A DNA stretch of 64,000 nucleotides from Stegostoma tigrinum (Eukaryota): the NCBI RefSeq assembly GCF_030684315.1, contig NC_081376.1, positions 34,315,608 to 34,379,607 of the forward strand, in the 5' to 3' direction. The notes beneath the pieces were generated by a model, which ran no database searches, had not been told where the DNA came from, and saw only the letters and a program-made list of their open reading frames with translations. Position numbers and translations under genes: made by a program. Of this stretch, positions 1-10,993 are shown piece by piece; within the stretch, counting starts at the first letter, position 1, and each line of letters opens with the position of its first letter.

Positions 1-295
1 CTTGTCTAACACTTCCTCGCATTCTAACCTGCCTATTCCAGGTATTGGTCTAGTAAATGTTCTGATTTTTGCCTTCAAAGCATTTACATTCTTCCCTCCC
101 TTCACTTGTCTTTGCTCCTGAAAACCTGCCACTTGCAGAATGCTCTCTAGCCACTTAACCTTTTCCTTTTGACTCCTTTTCAGTGTTTGTCTGACTATCC
201 CTTGGGTCCTTTAAGTTTGTTCAATACACTATATAAAAGCAAGCTATTCATGTGCATCAAAAATTCAACACTGAACTTGTTCTTTTACTTTGCAG

Positions 296-437
296 CGCTC
301 TGCAGGATCTGCATGGGGTCATGTTTTACCTGATCTGCCTGACTCCAATGTGCATTGCTTTTCTGCAGATTCTTGCATGGACCCCATATTCCATCCGGGA
401 TAGTCACACTGACTTTGCAAAGTATATAGAATCCTAA
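296..437 (+). CDS. Last coding exon of an MFSD13/TMEM180-family membrane protein (probably MFSD13B-like)
   Basis: Pyrimidine tract + AG at 294-295 (alternative AG 304-305). ALQDLHGVMFYLICLTPMCIAFLQILAWTPYSIRDSHTDFAKYIES* resembles the recalled MFSD13A C-terminal helix ([24 protein letters not shown]). AATAAA at ~1060. Position upstream of METTL9 matches recalled mouse order Mfsd13b-Mettl9-Igsf6-Otoa. Confidence 0.6.
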
Positions 438-1284
438 AGACCAACACTCCAGTGTGAGGACCATGGTTATGAGATTTAAAAATTTTTAAGTCAATTTTTC
501 ATACCGGGAATCGTAATGTTAGGTGCCATTGTTATTCAGAGAGGTGGTAGGATGTTTTTAATTTCTTTCTTATTTATGGGATAAAGGTGTTGTTCACAAA
601 ACAAAAATTGCCCATCCTGCATTGTTCTTGAAGATGGTGATCGGCTATGTTCCCAAACTCTGCAGTCAATGTGTTGTTAGGAAGGAAAATCTAGGAACTT
701 TTTTAGTGACAATGGGATGGTAATATATTCAGGTCAGAGAGCTGAGCTTGGAGATAATGATGTTCTCATGTGTCTGCTGACCTTGTCCTTTATGATATGA
801 GTTGTTAGTTTGAAAGGTACTGTTGAAGTCATAATTTTCTGCACTGTAGCTTGTGGATAGTACACAGTACACACTGCTGTCGCTGTCTGCTGATTTAGAT
901 AATTGGGCTCAGAGCAAATAAGCTTTGTTTCTGGTGGTGATGTGCTTTTTAAGTCTTGTTGCAAGTTGCCTTATCCAAGGAAATGGAGAGTCGTGTGTAT
1001 TGATGAGTACAGTTTTAGTGTATAATGTTTTTATTGATACCTTCAGCCCGCTGAGTATAAATAAAAATGGAAGTCACCATACAAAGAACTTTTGCTTCTG
1101 AATTGGGAGTGCTTTATGCACCAAGGAGGGTGATACAGAAGAGAAATTATTCAATGTGCCTTGTAAGATCTGATGTATAAATTCTGCCTTTTTGTGATTC
1201 TGACCCTGGCCTTCTCCACTGTCATCTGCATTCAAAAAGCTGCCTTTTCTAAAGTAGATTTTGCTGGACCTTCCTAAATTCAGG

Positions 1285-1505
1285 AACAAAAACAGAAGTT
1301 GCTGGAAAAGCTCAGCAGGTCTGGCAACACCTGCGGAGAAAAAAAAATCAGTGACTGTTTTGGGTCCAGTGACCCCCCCCCGTCGCCTCGGAACTGGTCA
1401 CTGGACCCGAAACATTAAGTCAGAATTTTTTTTTCCTCTGCAGATGCTGCTGAGCTTTTCCAACAACTTCTGTTTTTTTTTCCTGATTTACAGCATCTGC
1501 AGTTC
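1285..1505. mobile_element. Old fold-back Penelope-like pseudo-LTR relic
   Basis: Inverted arms AAAACAGAAGTTGCTGGAAAAGCTCAGCAG / CTGCTGAGCTTTTCCAACAACTTCTGTTTT around GGGTCCAGTGACC / GGTCACTGGACCCGAAAC. Confidence 0.6.
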
Positions 1506-2559
1506 TTTTGGCTTTTATTTCCTCAGTTCAGACTTGATATCTTGGTTCTCTCGTCCAATGCTGTACCAAGTGACTACTTCTGTCTATAACACTGTCCATA
1601 ATGTGCAAAGCATTCAATCTTTGTGGGATTCTCACAATCTTTCTAATGTCAAATTTTCTGCTAAAACTATATTTTATATATTTTTTAAAAAAACTTTATT
1701 TTGTAAAACTGCAAGAGAATTATTTGTAGTAAGGACAGTGAGGGTAAAACAAAACCAGATGAGGAAGAATAAACTGTCCTTTTCATGTCAGACCTGAATT
1801 AGAATTCCCAGGTTAGTAATCACTCCCATTATACCTTTGTGCCTGTAAAGTGAATGTGGTGCTATTAAGAATGAGTTGAAGTAGATACACGGTCTGGGTA
1901 AGCAACATTGTTTTACTGAGCCGTTTTAGTATGATGTATTGATTAAACTGTTTTATTCACATCATGTGGTCCATGTTGGTTATTTTACTTTTATTCAGAC
2001 CAATGATATTTGTGTTGAAAAGATTGGAGAAAATCATTAGTGTTACTTCTATCTGTACAATTGAAGGATTCTAGCCTTGTGATATTCCATGTTCAATTGT
2101 GGGTAACTAGTGAGTTATTTAATATGAGCCAGGACATTGCTTGATTCACCACAATTAAATGCTTGCTTTCAATGAAAGAGAATTGAAATCACTATTTTCA
2201 CACTCTCTAAGTTATTCATGTGTAACGGTGGAGAAAGGCAAAAAGGATAGCTAAAAGATTGAAAGGAGATTCTAGCTCCTTACTAAATCAAAGTGGACTG
2301 TAAGGAGAGGCTTTGACTACAGCACCAGTAATTTATGTAAAGATATTCAGGTCAAATAAAGCGTAACTGAAGTGCTTTCTTTCCCCTTCAATGCTACAAG
2401 TATAAAATTGCACAATGAATTCCCAATTCTCAGAGGGTGCCTATGCTTTAGAATGAAATTGCATTTCTGTAGTAAATTTCAGGTCTTAGAAATGTGCTTT
2501 ACTGCCACTTGAACTACTTTTTGAAGCGTAGTCATGCAACGTGAGAAACACCAGGTTCT

Positions 2560-3740
2560 GCGTGGCAAACTAATTGGTAAAGTTAGGTCACGTGGGATTC
2601 GGGGTGAGATTACCAACTGGATACGTGATTGGCTTAAGAGCATGAGACAGAAGATGGTAGTGGAGGTTGCTTTTTGCACTGGAGGCCTGTCACCAGTGGC
2701 ATTTCACAAGGATCAATTCAGGGTCCACTTCAGTCTGTCATTTATATAAATTATTTGAATGAGGATATAGAAGGTATGGTTAGTAAGTTTGCAGATGACA
2801 CCAAAATTGGTGGCATAGTGGACAGTGAAAAGGTTTTTGTAAGATTACAGAGGAATCGTGATCAAATGGGTCCATGGGCTGAATAATGGCAGACGGAGTT
2901 CAATCTGGACAAATGCGACATATTGCATTTGGTACAACAAACGAGGGGTAGGGCTTATATAATTAATGGTAGGGTCATGGGTAGTGTTTTACAACAGAAG
3001 GACCTGGAGAAGCAGGTACATAATTCTTTGAAGTTTGTGTCACATACAGACAAGTGATTTTTAAAAAGTTGTTTGGCATATTTGCGTTCTATACTCAAAG
3101 GATTGAGCGATGGAGCTGAGAAGTCATGTTGAGGTTGGACAGGACATTGAGGCCTTTTTCTGGAATTGTTTGTCCAGTTCTGGTCACCCAGTTACAGGAA
3201 GGATATTTAGCTGGAGAAGATTCAGAAGAGGTTTACCAGGTTATTGCTGGGTGTGGAAGGTTTGAGTTATGAAGAAAGGCTGGGGCTTATTTCACTGGAG
3301 TGTAGGAGGTTGAGAGGTGACCTGTTGGAATCATAGAATCCCTACAGTGCAGAAACGGGCCATTTGGCCCAACAAATTGCCCCTCTGAAGACCATAGAAG
3401 TTCATAAATAATGAGAGACACAGATAGGGTTAATGGTAGTTGTCTTTTCCCTGGGATGATGGACTTCAAGACCAGGGGGCACAGTAAGGTGAAGGAAGAG
3501 ATGTGGGAAAGACTAGGGGCAATTTTGTATTTTAACACAGGGTGTGGAATGAACATCCCGAGGAAGTGGTGGATGTGGGTACAATAACAATGTTGAAAAG
3601 ACATTTGGATAATTACGTAAATAGGAAGGGTTTGGAGAGATATGGGGTAGGAGCAGGCAGGTGGGACTACTTTAGTTTGGGATTATGTTCAGCATGGATT
3701 GGTTGGACTGAAGGGTCTGTTTACTTCTGTATGACTCTGA
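2560..3740 (+). mobile_element. CR1-type LINE, 5'-truncated and degraded RT 3' region, with a short insertion near 3325-3392
   Basis: WRPVTSGISQGSIQGP...SKFADDTKIGGIVD and WNEHPEEVVDVGTITMLKRHLD, followed by CR1 3' UTR. Confidence 0.9.
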
Positions 3741-3784
3741 CCTTTTACAGGCAGCATAAATCTCATAAATAAGAAATTATTCGT

Positions 3785-3870
3785 AGAATCCCTACAGGTG
3801 TGGAAACAGGCATTTGGCCCACCAAGTCCACACTGCCCCTCTGAAGAGCATCACCCAGACCCGTTTCCGC

Positions 3871-3905
<35 letters not shown>

Positions 3906-4090
3906 ACCTACTTATCCTCAACATCCCTGGGCATTATAGACAATTTAGCATGGCCAATCCACCTAGCATGCACATCTTTGGACTGTGGGAGGAAACCCAC
4001 GCAGACAATGTGCAAACTCCACACACAGCCACCCAAAACAGGAATTAAACCCAGGTCCCTGGAGCTGTCAGGCAGCTGTGCTGCCCCACT
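3785..4090 (-). mobile_element. HE1-like V-SINE with an internal poly-C run (3872-3903)
   Basis: Reverse complement carries GGGACCTGGGTTTAATTCC (B box) and TCCCACAGTCCAAAGATGTGCATGCTAGGTGG (V-SINE core). Confidence 0.8.
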
Positions 4091-4947
4091 GTATTAATTC
4101 AGTGGATGTGGACTTTGTTGAATGGCTCAGCACTTAGTGGCCACATTTAGAGGTGGAGGTAAGCTACCCTGAACCATTGCAGTCCATTTGATGTGGGTAC
4201 CTCCACAATTGTGAGAAGGTAGTGTTCCAGGAGTTTGACCCAATCACCATGAAAGAACAATAGTTCCTAGTTGGGACTGAGTACTTAGAGAAAAGTTTCA
4301 TGTTCCTGGTATATGTTGTCCTAGTTCTTGATGGTAGGGGGGCAGCTGGCTCATTGGTCTATAGTATGATTCTTGCTTCAGGTTTTTCAGTGATTGGGTT
4401 TGTATTATCTGGACTATCAATCTTTAAATCCATTTCATACATTTGCAAAGATGTTTTTCCTTTTTTTATATATATTAAAAAAATAAGCATTTGGTTAAGG
4501 GCATAAACTCATCAGTAACTAATGACTTCTTTGCTTCTCAGTTTCCTGTTGAGGAGTTCAAAATGCTAACAGTTTTAAAGTCAGTGATTTTTTTTTTTGT
4601 TTTTTGTTTTTCTCATCCCAGATCAGTTTAGATGAAAAGTCAGCTGGACTTGGATTTTTGAATGGAAGTAACAGATCAGCTTTCAAGGCTGATGAAGTAG
4701 TCAGACTAATATTCAGAACTTTCTCAGGCTATCAGAGATACTTTCTGATAGTCCTGCTTTTTTAAGGTTTCTTATTTTTCAGGAGTGAGTCTTGTTTATT
4801 GCAAGTTTTGGAGGTCTTTTCTACTCCACAACTAAGTATCCACTGGAAAATATGCCAACTTCAGAAGAATGTCGTTAGGCCCTATCTCTACCAAACCAAG
4901 TTTTCCAGCGAATAAAGCAATAAAGCTGATCCCATCTCAAACAAAGA

Positions 4948-5034
4948 ATGAAGGGTCTAGGCCCGAAATGTCAGCTTCTGTGCTCCTAAGATGCTGCTTG
5001 GCCTGCTGTGTTCATCCAGCTCTACGTTTTGTTA
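4948..5034 (+). mobile_element. Isolated Penelope-like pseudo-LTR fragment
   Basis: ATGAAGGGTCTAGGCCCGAAATGTCAGC...GCCTGCTGTGTTCATCCAGC, same family as 6777-6864. Confidence 0.75.
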
Positions 5035-5078
5035 TAATAAAGAATTGTTTGTCGTCTTGCCAAAGTTACTTGACTTTC

Positions 5079-6864
5079 GTCCAGTCCCTGTACACCTGCA
5101 TTCCGCATGGAGATGGCCTCAAGGCCCTCCGCTTCTTCCTGTCCCGCAGGCCCGACCAGTCCCCCTCCACCGACACTCTCATCCGCCTAGCTGAACTCGT
5201 CCTCACACTCAACAACTTCTCTTTTGACTCCTCCCACTTCCTACAGACTAAGGGGGTGGCCATGGGCACCCGCATGGGCCCCAGCTATGCCTGCCTCTTT
5301 GTAGGTTACGTGGAACAATCCCTCTTCCGCACCTACACAGGCCCCAAACCCCACCTCTTCCTCCGGTACATTGATGACTGTATCGGCGCCGCCTCTTGCT
5401 CCCCAGAGGAGCTCGAACAGTTCATCCACTTCACCAACACCTTCCACCCCAACCTTCAGTTCACCTGGGCCATCTCCAGCACATCCCTCACCTTCCTGGA
5501 CCTCTCAGTCTCCATCTCAGGCAACCAGCTTGTAACTGATGTCCATTTCAAGCCCACCGACTCCCACAGCTACCTAGAATACACCTCCTCCCACCCACCC
5601 TCCTGCAAAAATTCCATCCCCTATTCCCAATTCCTCCGCCTCCGCCGCATCTGCTCCCACGATAAGACATTCCACTCCCGCACATCCCAGATGTCCAAGT
5701 TCTTTAAGGACCGCAACTTTCCCCCCACGGTGATCGAGAACGCCCTTGACCGCATTTCCCGCGACACATCCCTCACACCCCGCCCCCGCCACAACCGCCC
5801 CAAGAGGATCCCCCTCGTTCTCACACACCACCCTACCAACCTCCGGATACAATGTATTATCCTCCGACACTTCCGCCATTTACAATCCGACCCCACCACC
5901 CAAGACATTTTTCCATCCCCTCCCCTGTCTGCTTTCCGGAGAGACCACTCACTCCGTGACTCCCTTGTTCGCTCCACACTGCCCTCAAACCCCACCACAC
6001 CCGGCACCTTCCCCTGCAACCGCAGGAAATGCTACACTTGTCCCCACACCTCCTCCCTCACCCCCATCCCAGGCCCCAAGATGACATTCCACATCAAGCA
6101 GAGGTTCACCTGCACATCTGCCAATGTGGTATACTGCATCCACTGTACCTGGTGCGGCTTCCTCTACATTGGGGAAACCAAGCGGAGGCTTGGGGACCGC
6201 TTTGCAGAACACCTCCGCTCAGTTCGCAACAAACAACTGCACCTCCCAGTCGCAAACCATTTCCACTCCCCCTCCCATTCTCTTGATGACATGTCCATCA
6301 CGGGCCTCCTGCACTGCCACAATGATGCCACCCGAAGGTTGCAGGAACAGCAACTCATATTCCGCCTGGGAACCCTGCAGCCATATGGTATCAATGTGGA
6401 CTTCACCAGTTTCAAAATCTCCCCTTCCCCAACTGCATCCCTAAACCAGCCCAGTTCATCCCCTCCCCCCACTGCACCACACAACCAGCCCAGCTCTTCC
6501 CCCCCCACCCACTACATCCCAAAACCAGTCCCACCTGTCTCTGCCTCCCTAACCGGTTCTTCCTCTCACCCATCCCTTCCTCCCACCCCAAGCCGCACCC
6601 CCCGCTACCTACTAACCTCATCCCACCTCCTTGACCTGTCCGTCTCCCCTGGACTGACCTATCCCCTCCCTACCTCCCCACCTACACTCTCTCCACCTAT
6701 CTTCTTTACTCTCCATCTTCGGTCCGCCTCCCCCTCTCTCCCTATTTATTCCAGTTCCCTCCCCCCATCCCCCTCTCTGATGAAGGGTCTAGGCCCGAAA
6801 CGTCAGCTTTTGTGCTCCTGAGATGCTGCTCGGCCTGCTGTGTTCATCCAGCCTCGCATTTTAT
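5079..6864 (+). mobile_element. Penelope-like retroelement (Neptune-type), 5'-truncated, with open RT + GIY-YIG frame and 3' pseudo-LTR
   Basis: RT motifs (D)VQSLYT, GVAMGTRMGPSYA, LRYIDD; CxxxxCxxC knuckle; NVVYCIHCxxC...YIGET..RF.EH endonuclease; 13-bp TSD TTACTTGACTTTC at 5066-5078 and 6865-6877. Confidence 0.93.
6775..6806 (+). ncRNA. Minimal hammerhead-ribozyme-like motif in the Penelope pseudo-LTR
   Basis: CTGATGA - A GGG(TCTAGG)CCC - GAAA - CGTC: both core boxes around a stem II, palindromic ACGT stem III. Stem I is only ~2 bp. Confidence 0.6.
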
Positions 6865-7474
6865 TTACTTGACTTTCAGTTTATTTTGGGTAAATTACAG
6901 TCCACGTTATTGTCGAACAGTTACAGGAAATCCTTTTTTAATAACAATGTCCAAATAGTTCTGTATTCCAGTTTTAAATAAAAATCTGTATTCTTAACAT
7001 GCCTTCACAATTATTAATTGAAACAAAATGAAATGGTGTTTATAATGTAAATGTGAAAACATGCACCACAAAGGCATTTTTAAAAGTTGGACTTGCACTA
7101 ATTTATCTTCACATATATACATTTATATGGTTTCTGGTTTCATTCTTAATCTCTGAATAATGGCAATGTGCATCAATGATCTTGGCTAACATTTTTTGAA
7201 CAGTAGAAAGTTGTTTCTGTAGCGTGCGTAGGAGTTGTATGATGCAACCCTGCATTGTTCTGACATAACAGAATCAGGCAATTGTCAGTGGAAATAAAGA
7301 TCCCTTACGGCTGATACTCTTTGAAAGTATCCATTTAAATCATAATTTGAAGAGATTTCCTCTGGTTAATAGTTACCCAGGAAAAGTCAGACAATTAAAT
7401 AAAACCTGGCTTAACATATAGGTAACATTTAAACGAGCCCCTGACTTATTGCACCAAATAGGGATAAACAGAGA

Positions 7475-7625
7475 GGGGTCAAACACACTGAGTGAAAGAG
7501 AGGGGTTGAAACACAATGCGAGAAACAGAGGGGCGCGGAACACAGCGCGGCTGGAGCAGGGGGTCCGTAACGGCGCGCGAGAAACAGTGTGAGGAAACAG
7601 AGGGGCTGATACGTGTGAGAAACAT
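7475..7625 (+). repeat. Degenerate GC-rich tandem repeat, ~27-30 bp unit (GAAACAGAGGGG...AAACACA)
   Basis: About five diverged units, several CpGs. Confidence 0.5.
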
Positions 7626-8123
7626 GCATCACCCAAGCCCCTTATACCCCCAAAGATTGAGTTGACATCCAGTTCCAATGTGCCACTGACCCTGACACCC
7701 GGTAGGATCTGTCAACACTCCCTCTTCTCAGTGACATGACTTCCCCGTCGTACTTCTGGAATTAGCACCTCTTTGCTGTGGTAGTCAACGTCTCCCTCCC
7801 TTTGTCAGACCCAACAGTCCTGCCCACCATCGCTTACCTTGCATTCTAACCTCACACTTTGCGGATATTTTCTAATCTACTCGTTCAGTTGCCATTAGAT
7901 ACTTTGGAGCAGGTGGGATTTGAATCCAGGTCTCCTGATTCAGAGGTGAGTGAACCACCACTGCACAAATAAACTCCCTTTCAGACTATTTTCCAGGAAA
8001 CATCAAATTGGCTGTCTTAATGCGAGACATTTAAATCACAGAATATAGCAACTACTGCTGTGAAAAAGGGTTTGGGTTGACATTTCCCAATTATTCTGCA
8101 CTACCTGTTGGATTTAAGATACA

Positions 8124-8299
8124 AGATAATAAAATGTGAGGCTGGATGAACACAGCAGGCCGAGCAGCATCTCAGGAGCACAAAAGCTGACGTTTCGGGC
8201 CTAGACCCTTCATCAGAGAGGGGGATGGGCCTGCTGTGTTCATCCAGCCTCACATTTTATTATCTTGGATTCTCCAGCATCTGCAGTTCCCATTATCAC
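8124..8299 (+). mobile_element. Short fold-back Penelope-like insertion
   Basis: Inverted arms 8124-8161 / 8228-8265; 14-bp TSD GGATTTAAGATACA at 8110-8123 and 8300-8313. Confidence 0.88.
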
Positions 8300-8779
8300 G
8301 GATTTAAGATACACCTCATTTCTGAAGGAGCCATAATTGGAATCTACTGCCAGAAATGCGAACTTCTTACTTAATGGGGAAAAACTCTTGGTTGAGATTA
8401 ACACTCTGAAAAGTCGGGTCTAATTCAGAAATATGTTTTTGAGACTCAGTCAACCAACTCCACTGATGCAGTATAGTATTTGATGTTTAGATTACCGTAC
8501 AAAAGGTAAGGGACGAAAGTCAGTTTATATTTTGATTCTTTGTGATCCTCGTAGGCACAAACTTCAAAATGTTTAGAGAGACAATACCGATCTCGTAGTT
8601 TTTCTTTGGTTTTCCACACTCCATTGTGGTGACCAAAACCCACCAAAATGAAACGTTAAAAATGATCACCATTGCCATTATCCCTAATCCGTGTTAACGC
8701 GTTCAAATCCGAGTCTCCAGCTTGAGTCCTGGACCCGGGAACTTTCTCACTTTCAAACGGCACGCCTCTTTGGAAACCC

Positions 8780-8925
8780 AGAGTAGCCAATCAGGAGCGC
8801 CTTCGTCGACTGGCCAATCATGGCATTGAGCTGCAAACCAATCAGAGACGCAAGAAAGCTGTCCAATGCTGAACTGCTCAAGTGTCAGCCAGGAGCGGAA
8901 ATCTCCCGGGATACAGGAAGTCAGC
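8780..8925 (+). promoter_or_regulatory. METTL9 promoter: four CCAAT boxes and two ETS-type sites, TATA-less, CpG-enriched
   Basis: CCAAT at 8787, 8814, 8838, 8863; GCGGAAAT at ~8895 and CAGGAAGT at ~8914; 300-430 bp upstream of the first coding exon. Confidence 0.7.
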
Positions 8926-9218
8926 GGGAATGGGGGACTCTGAGGCTGATTACAGAAACGCACCTTGAGTTTGGGATGTGGTGGGGTCCGTGCTGGTGAA
9001 GGGGGGGGGGGGTGGGAGGATGGGAGGATCCTGGACGCATCTGCTGCTTTTTCACCTTCTCTGCAAAATGTTTGCCCCCTGTTGACCCCCGAGAAGGGGG
9101 TAAGGGAAGGGTCTCCTGTGGGGAGGGGGTCCCCTGGAGTCCCCGGGATCAGACGGGGTAGCGTTGAGTGGGGTGAGGGGTGTCACACCCCCTCCCGCCC
9201 GGAATTCCCAGGACGGCT

Positions 9219-9368
9219 GTGAAGCGAGTGCTGCTCCTGCTCTGTTACTTTGTTGCACTCCTGCAGCTGAGGAAAATGTGGAGCAGTAAATACCTGCGGA
9301 GCCCCTTGTCCCGCTCGTTGTTCAGCAACGTGAGGCATCAGGGCGACGAAGAACACGACAAGTCCCAG
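9219..9368 (+). CDS. METTL9: METTL9 coding exon 1 (GTG 9219 or first ATG 9276)
   Basis: VKRVLLLLCYFVALLQLRKMWSSKYLRSPLSRSLFSNV vs human MRLLAGWLCLSLASVWLARRMWTLRSPLTRSLYVN; donor CAG|GTACAT, phase 0. Confidence 0.85.
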
Positions 9369-10802
9369 GTACATCAGTCTGTTTCTTTGGTTGGAAATAG
9401 AAAGTTGTTTTAACCGAGAAAAAGCTTTTGGTGCTGCTGTGAGATTCTAAAGGACGTGCATTTCTGCCGGAATCAAGTTACTGTGTAGAAACCTTGTTGT
9501 AATTCATTTCCTGATGCTTATTTTATCCTGCTCCAGTTGTCATAGAGATAGTGATGATAATTGTCTACCTTGATTGAAGCAGACTGGATGGGCTGAATGT
9601 CTTACTTCTCCTCCTATATCTTATGGTCACCTGTGACGGATGCCTGTGGTTTGCCGTTCCACTCCAGAAACTTGAGCACAAAATCTTGGTGGATGATCCA
9701 GTGCTGTTCTGAGGGAGGGTGAGGATGCCAACAGAGGGTGAACCCTGAGGCATTGGGTGAGGGGTGGGTTGGGCTGGTGGCAGAGTGGATGCACTGAAAG
9801 AGGCAGCATGCTGGCAGAGGGCAGGCTGTAAGGTAGGAGGGTAGCTAACAACGGTGTGATCCTGAGAGAAAACTTAAGAATACAGTTCTGAGAAACTGCT
9901 GTGTTGTTGGAAAATTGGTACTAGGATCAGGGCTGAGGGTATGCTACACTTTTGAAGTTGTTATTACCTCTTCGATGAGATATTTAGACTGAGGTTCTGG
10001 TTACTTTCCCGAGTGGACTTACAACTAATTATACCCTAGTTTGGTGTAAAAATAGCTGCCTATAATTCTTGCTAATGTAATAACTATCATAACACTTCAA
10101 ACACAAAAATAAATTGCTGGAGAACCTCAGCAAGTCTGGCAGCAACTGGGGACAGAAAGCAGACTTAATATTTCTAGCCCAGTGACATTCTTCAAGACTT
10201 TGAGGAAGTTCAGAGGAAAAGTCACTGTACTCAAAACATTGACCCATAGGACCCTAGACCTGTATTCCAGAGTTTTGTGAATTGAATTTGAATTCCACCA
10301 GCTGCTGTAGAAGGATGTGAACTTATACCCCAGAGCCTTAGCCTGGGCTTCTGGATAGCCAAACCAGTGACCTTACTTTGCCACTTTCTCCTCCACCCCA
10401 GCTATACAGTGATGGAGCACTTAAAATCCAGGAGGTGCATCAAAAGCCCAAAATTGGAACTCAGAGGGTTTGGGGTCTGGAGCAGATTAGAGTTAGGGAG
10501 TGTGAGATGAGGCAACGGAGGGATTTATAAACAAGACCAATAGTTTTAAAATTGAAGCATTATTTAGTTATGAGTGAATGTACAAGGATGCTGATGATTT
10601 GGTGCAAGTGAGGATATGGCCAGCAGAATATTGAAAGAGCTCATGTTTACCAATGGTGTGAGATGGAAAGCCAGCTAGGCGTAGGATAATCAAATTGGGA
10701 GGTAACAAAGGAAGAAGAGATTTAGTAACAATTGTTTGGAGCATGTATAATTACCAGTAATTTCTATCGAAGGTGCTGACACCGTTGTCATTCTTTTTGC
10801 AG

Positions 10803-10993
10803 TGGTATGCCTGTGACATGGAATTGCTGCCAATATGTCTGCAGCCATCATTTGTTCAGAGTCATCTAGATGTGGGGACACATGCGTTTCTCAGGCAATG
10901 TTCAGAGAAATCCAGCTGGCTTTTTGTTCAGATTTATTACTCCCTCGTCACTTCTGTGTTTGGTCTGTTCATGTCCAAGACCTCCATCAATGG
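10803..10993 (+). CDS. METTL9: METTL9 exon 2
   Basis: WYACDMELLPICLQPSFVQSHLDVGT...FMSKTSING; AG 10801-10802, GT 10994. Confidence 0.96.

Noticed and set aside
5066-6621. Several overlapping antisense and alternate-frame ORFs
   Set aside because: By-products of the C-rich, stop-poor Penelope sequence.
4869-6821. 650-aa ORF as a host gene or full-length transposon protein
   Set aside because: The first 70 codons are flanking DNA and a pseudo-LTR fragment outside the TSD; the element is truncated inside RT, and the Pro/Ser-rich tail reads through low-complexity 3' sequence.
9068-9211. ATG 9068 spliced via 9100-9211 as the METTL9 start
   Set aside because: Frame closes (MFAPC*) before the donor.
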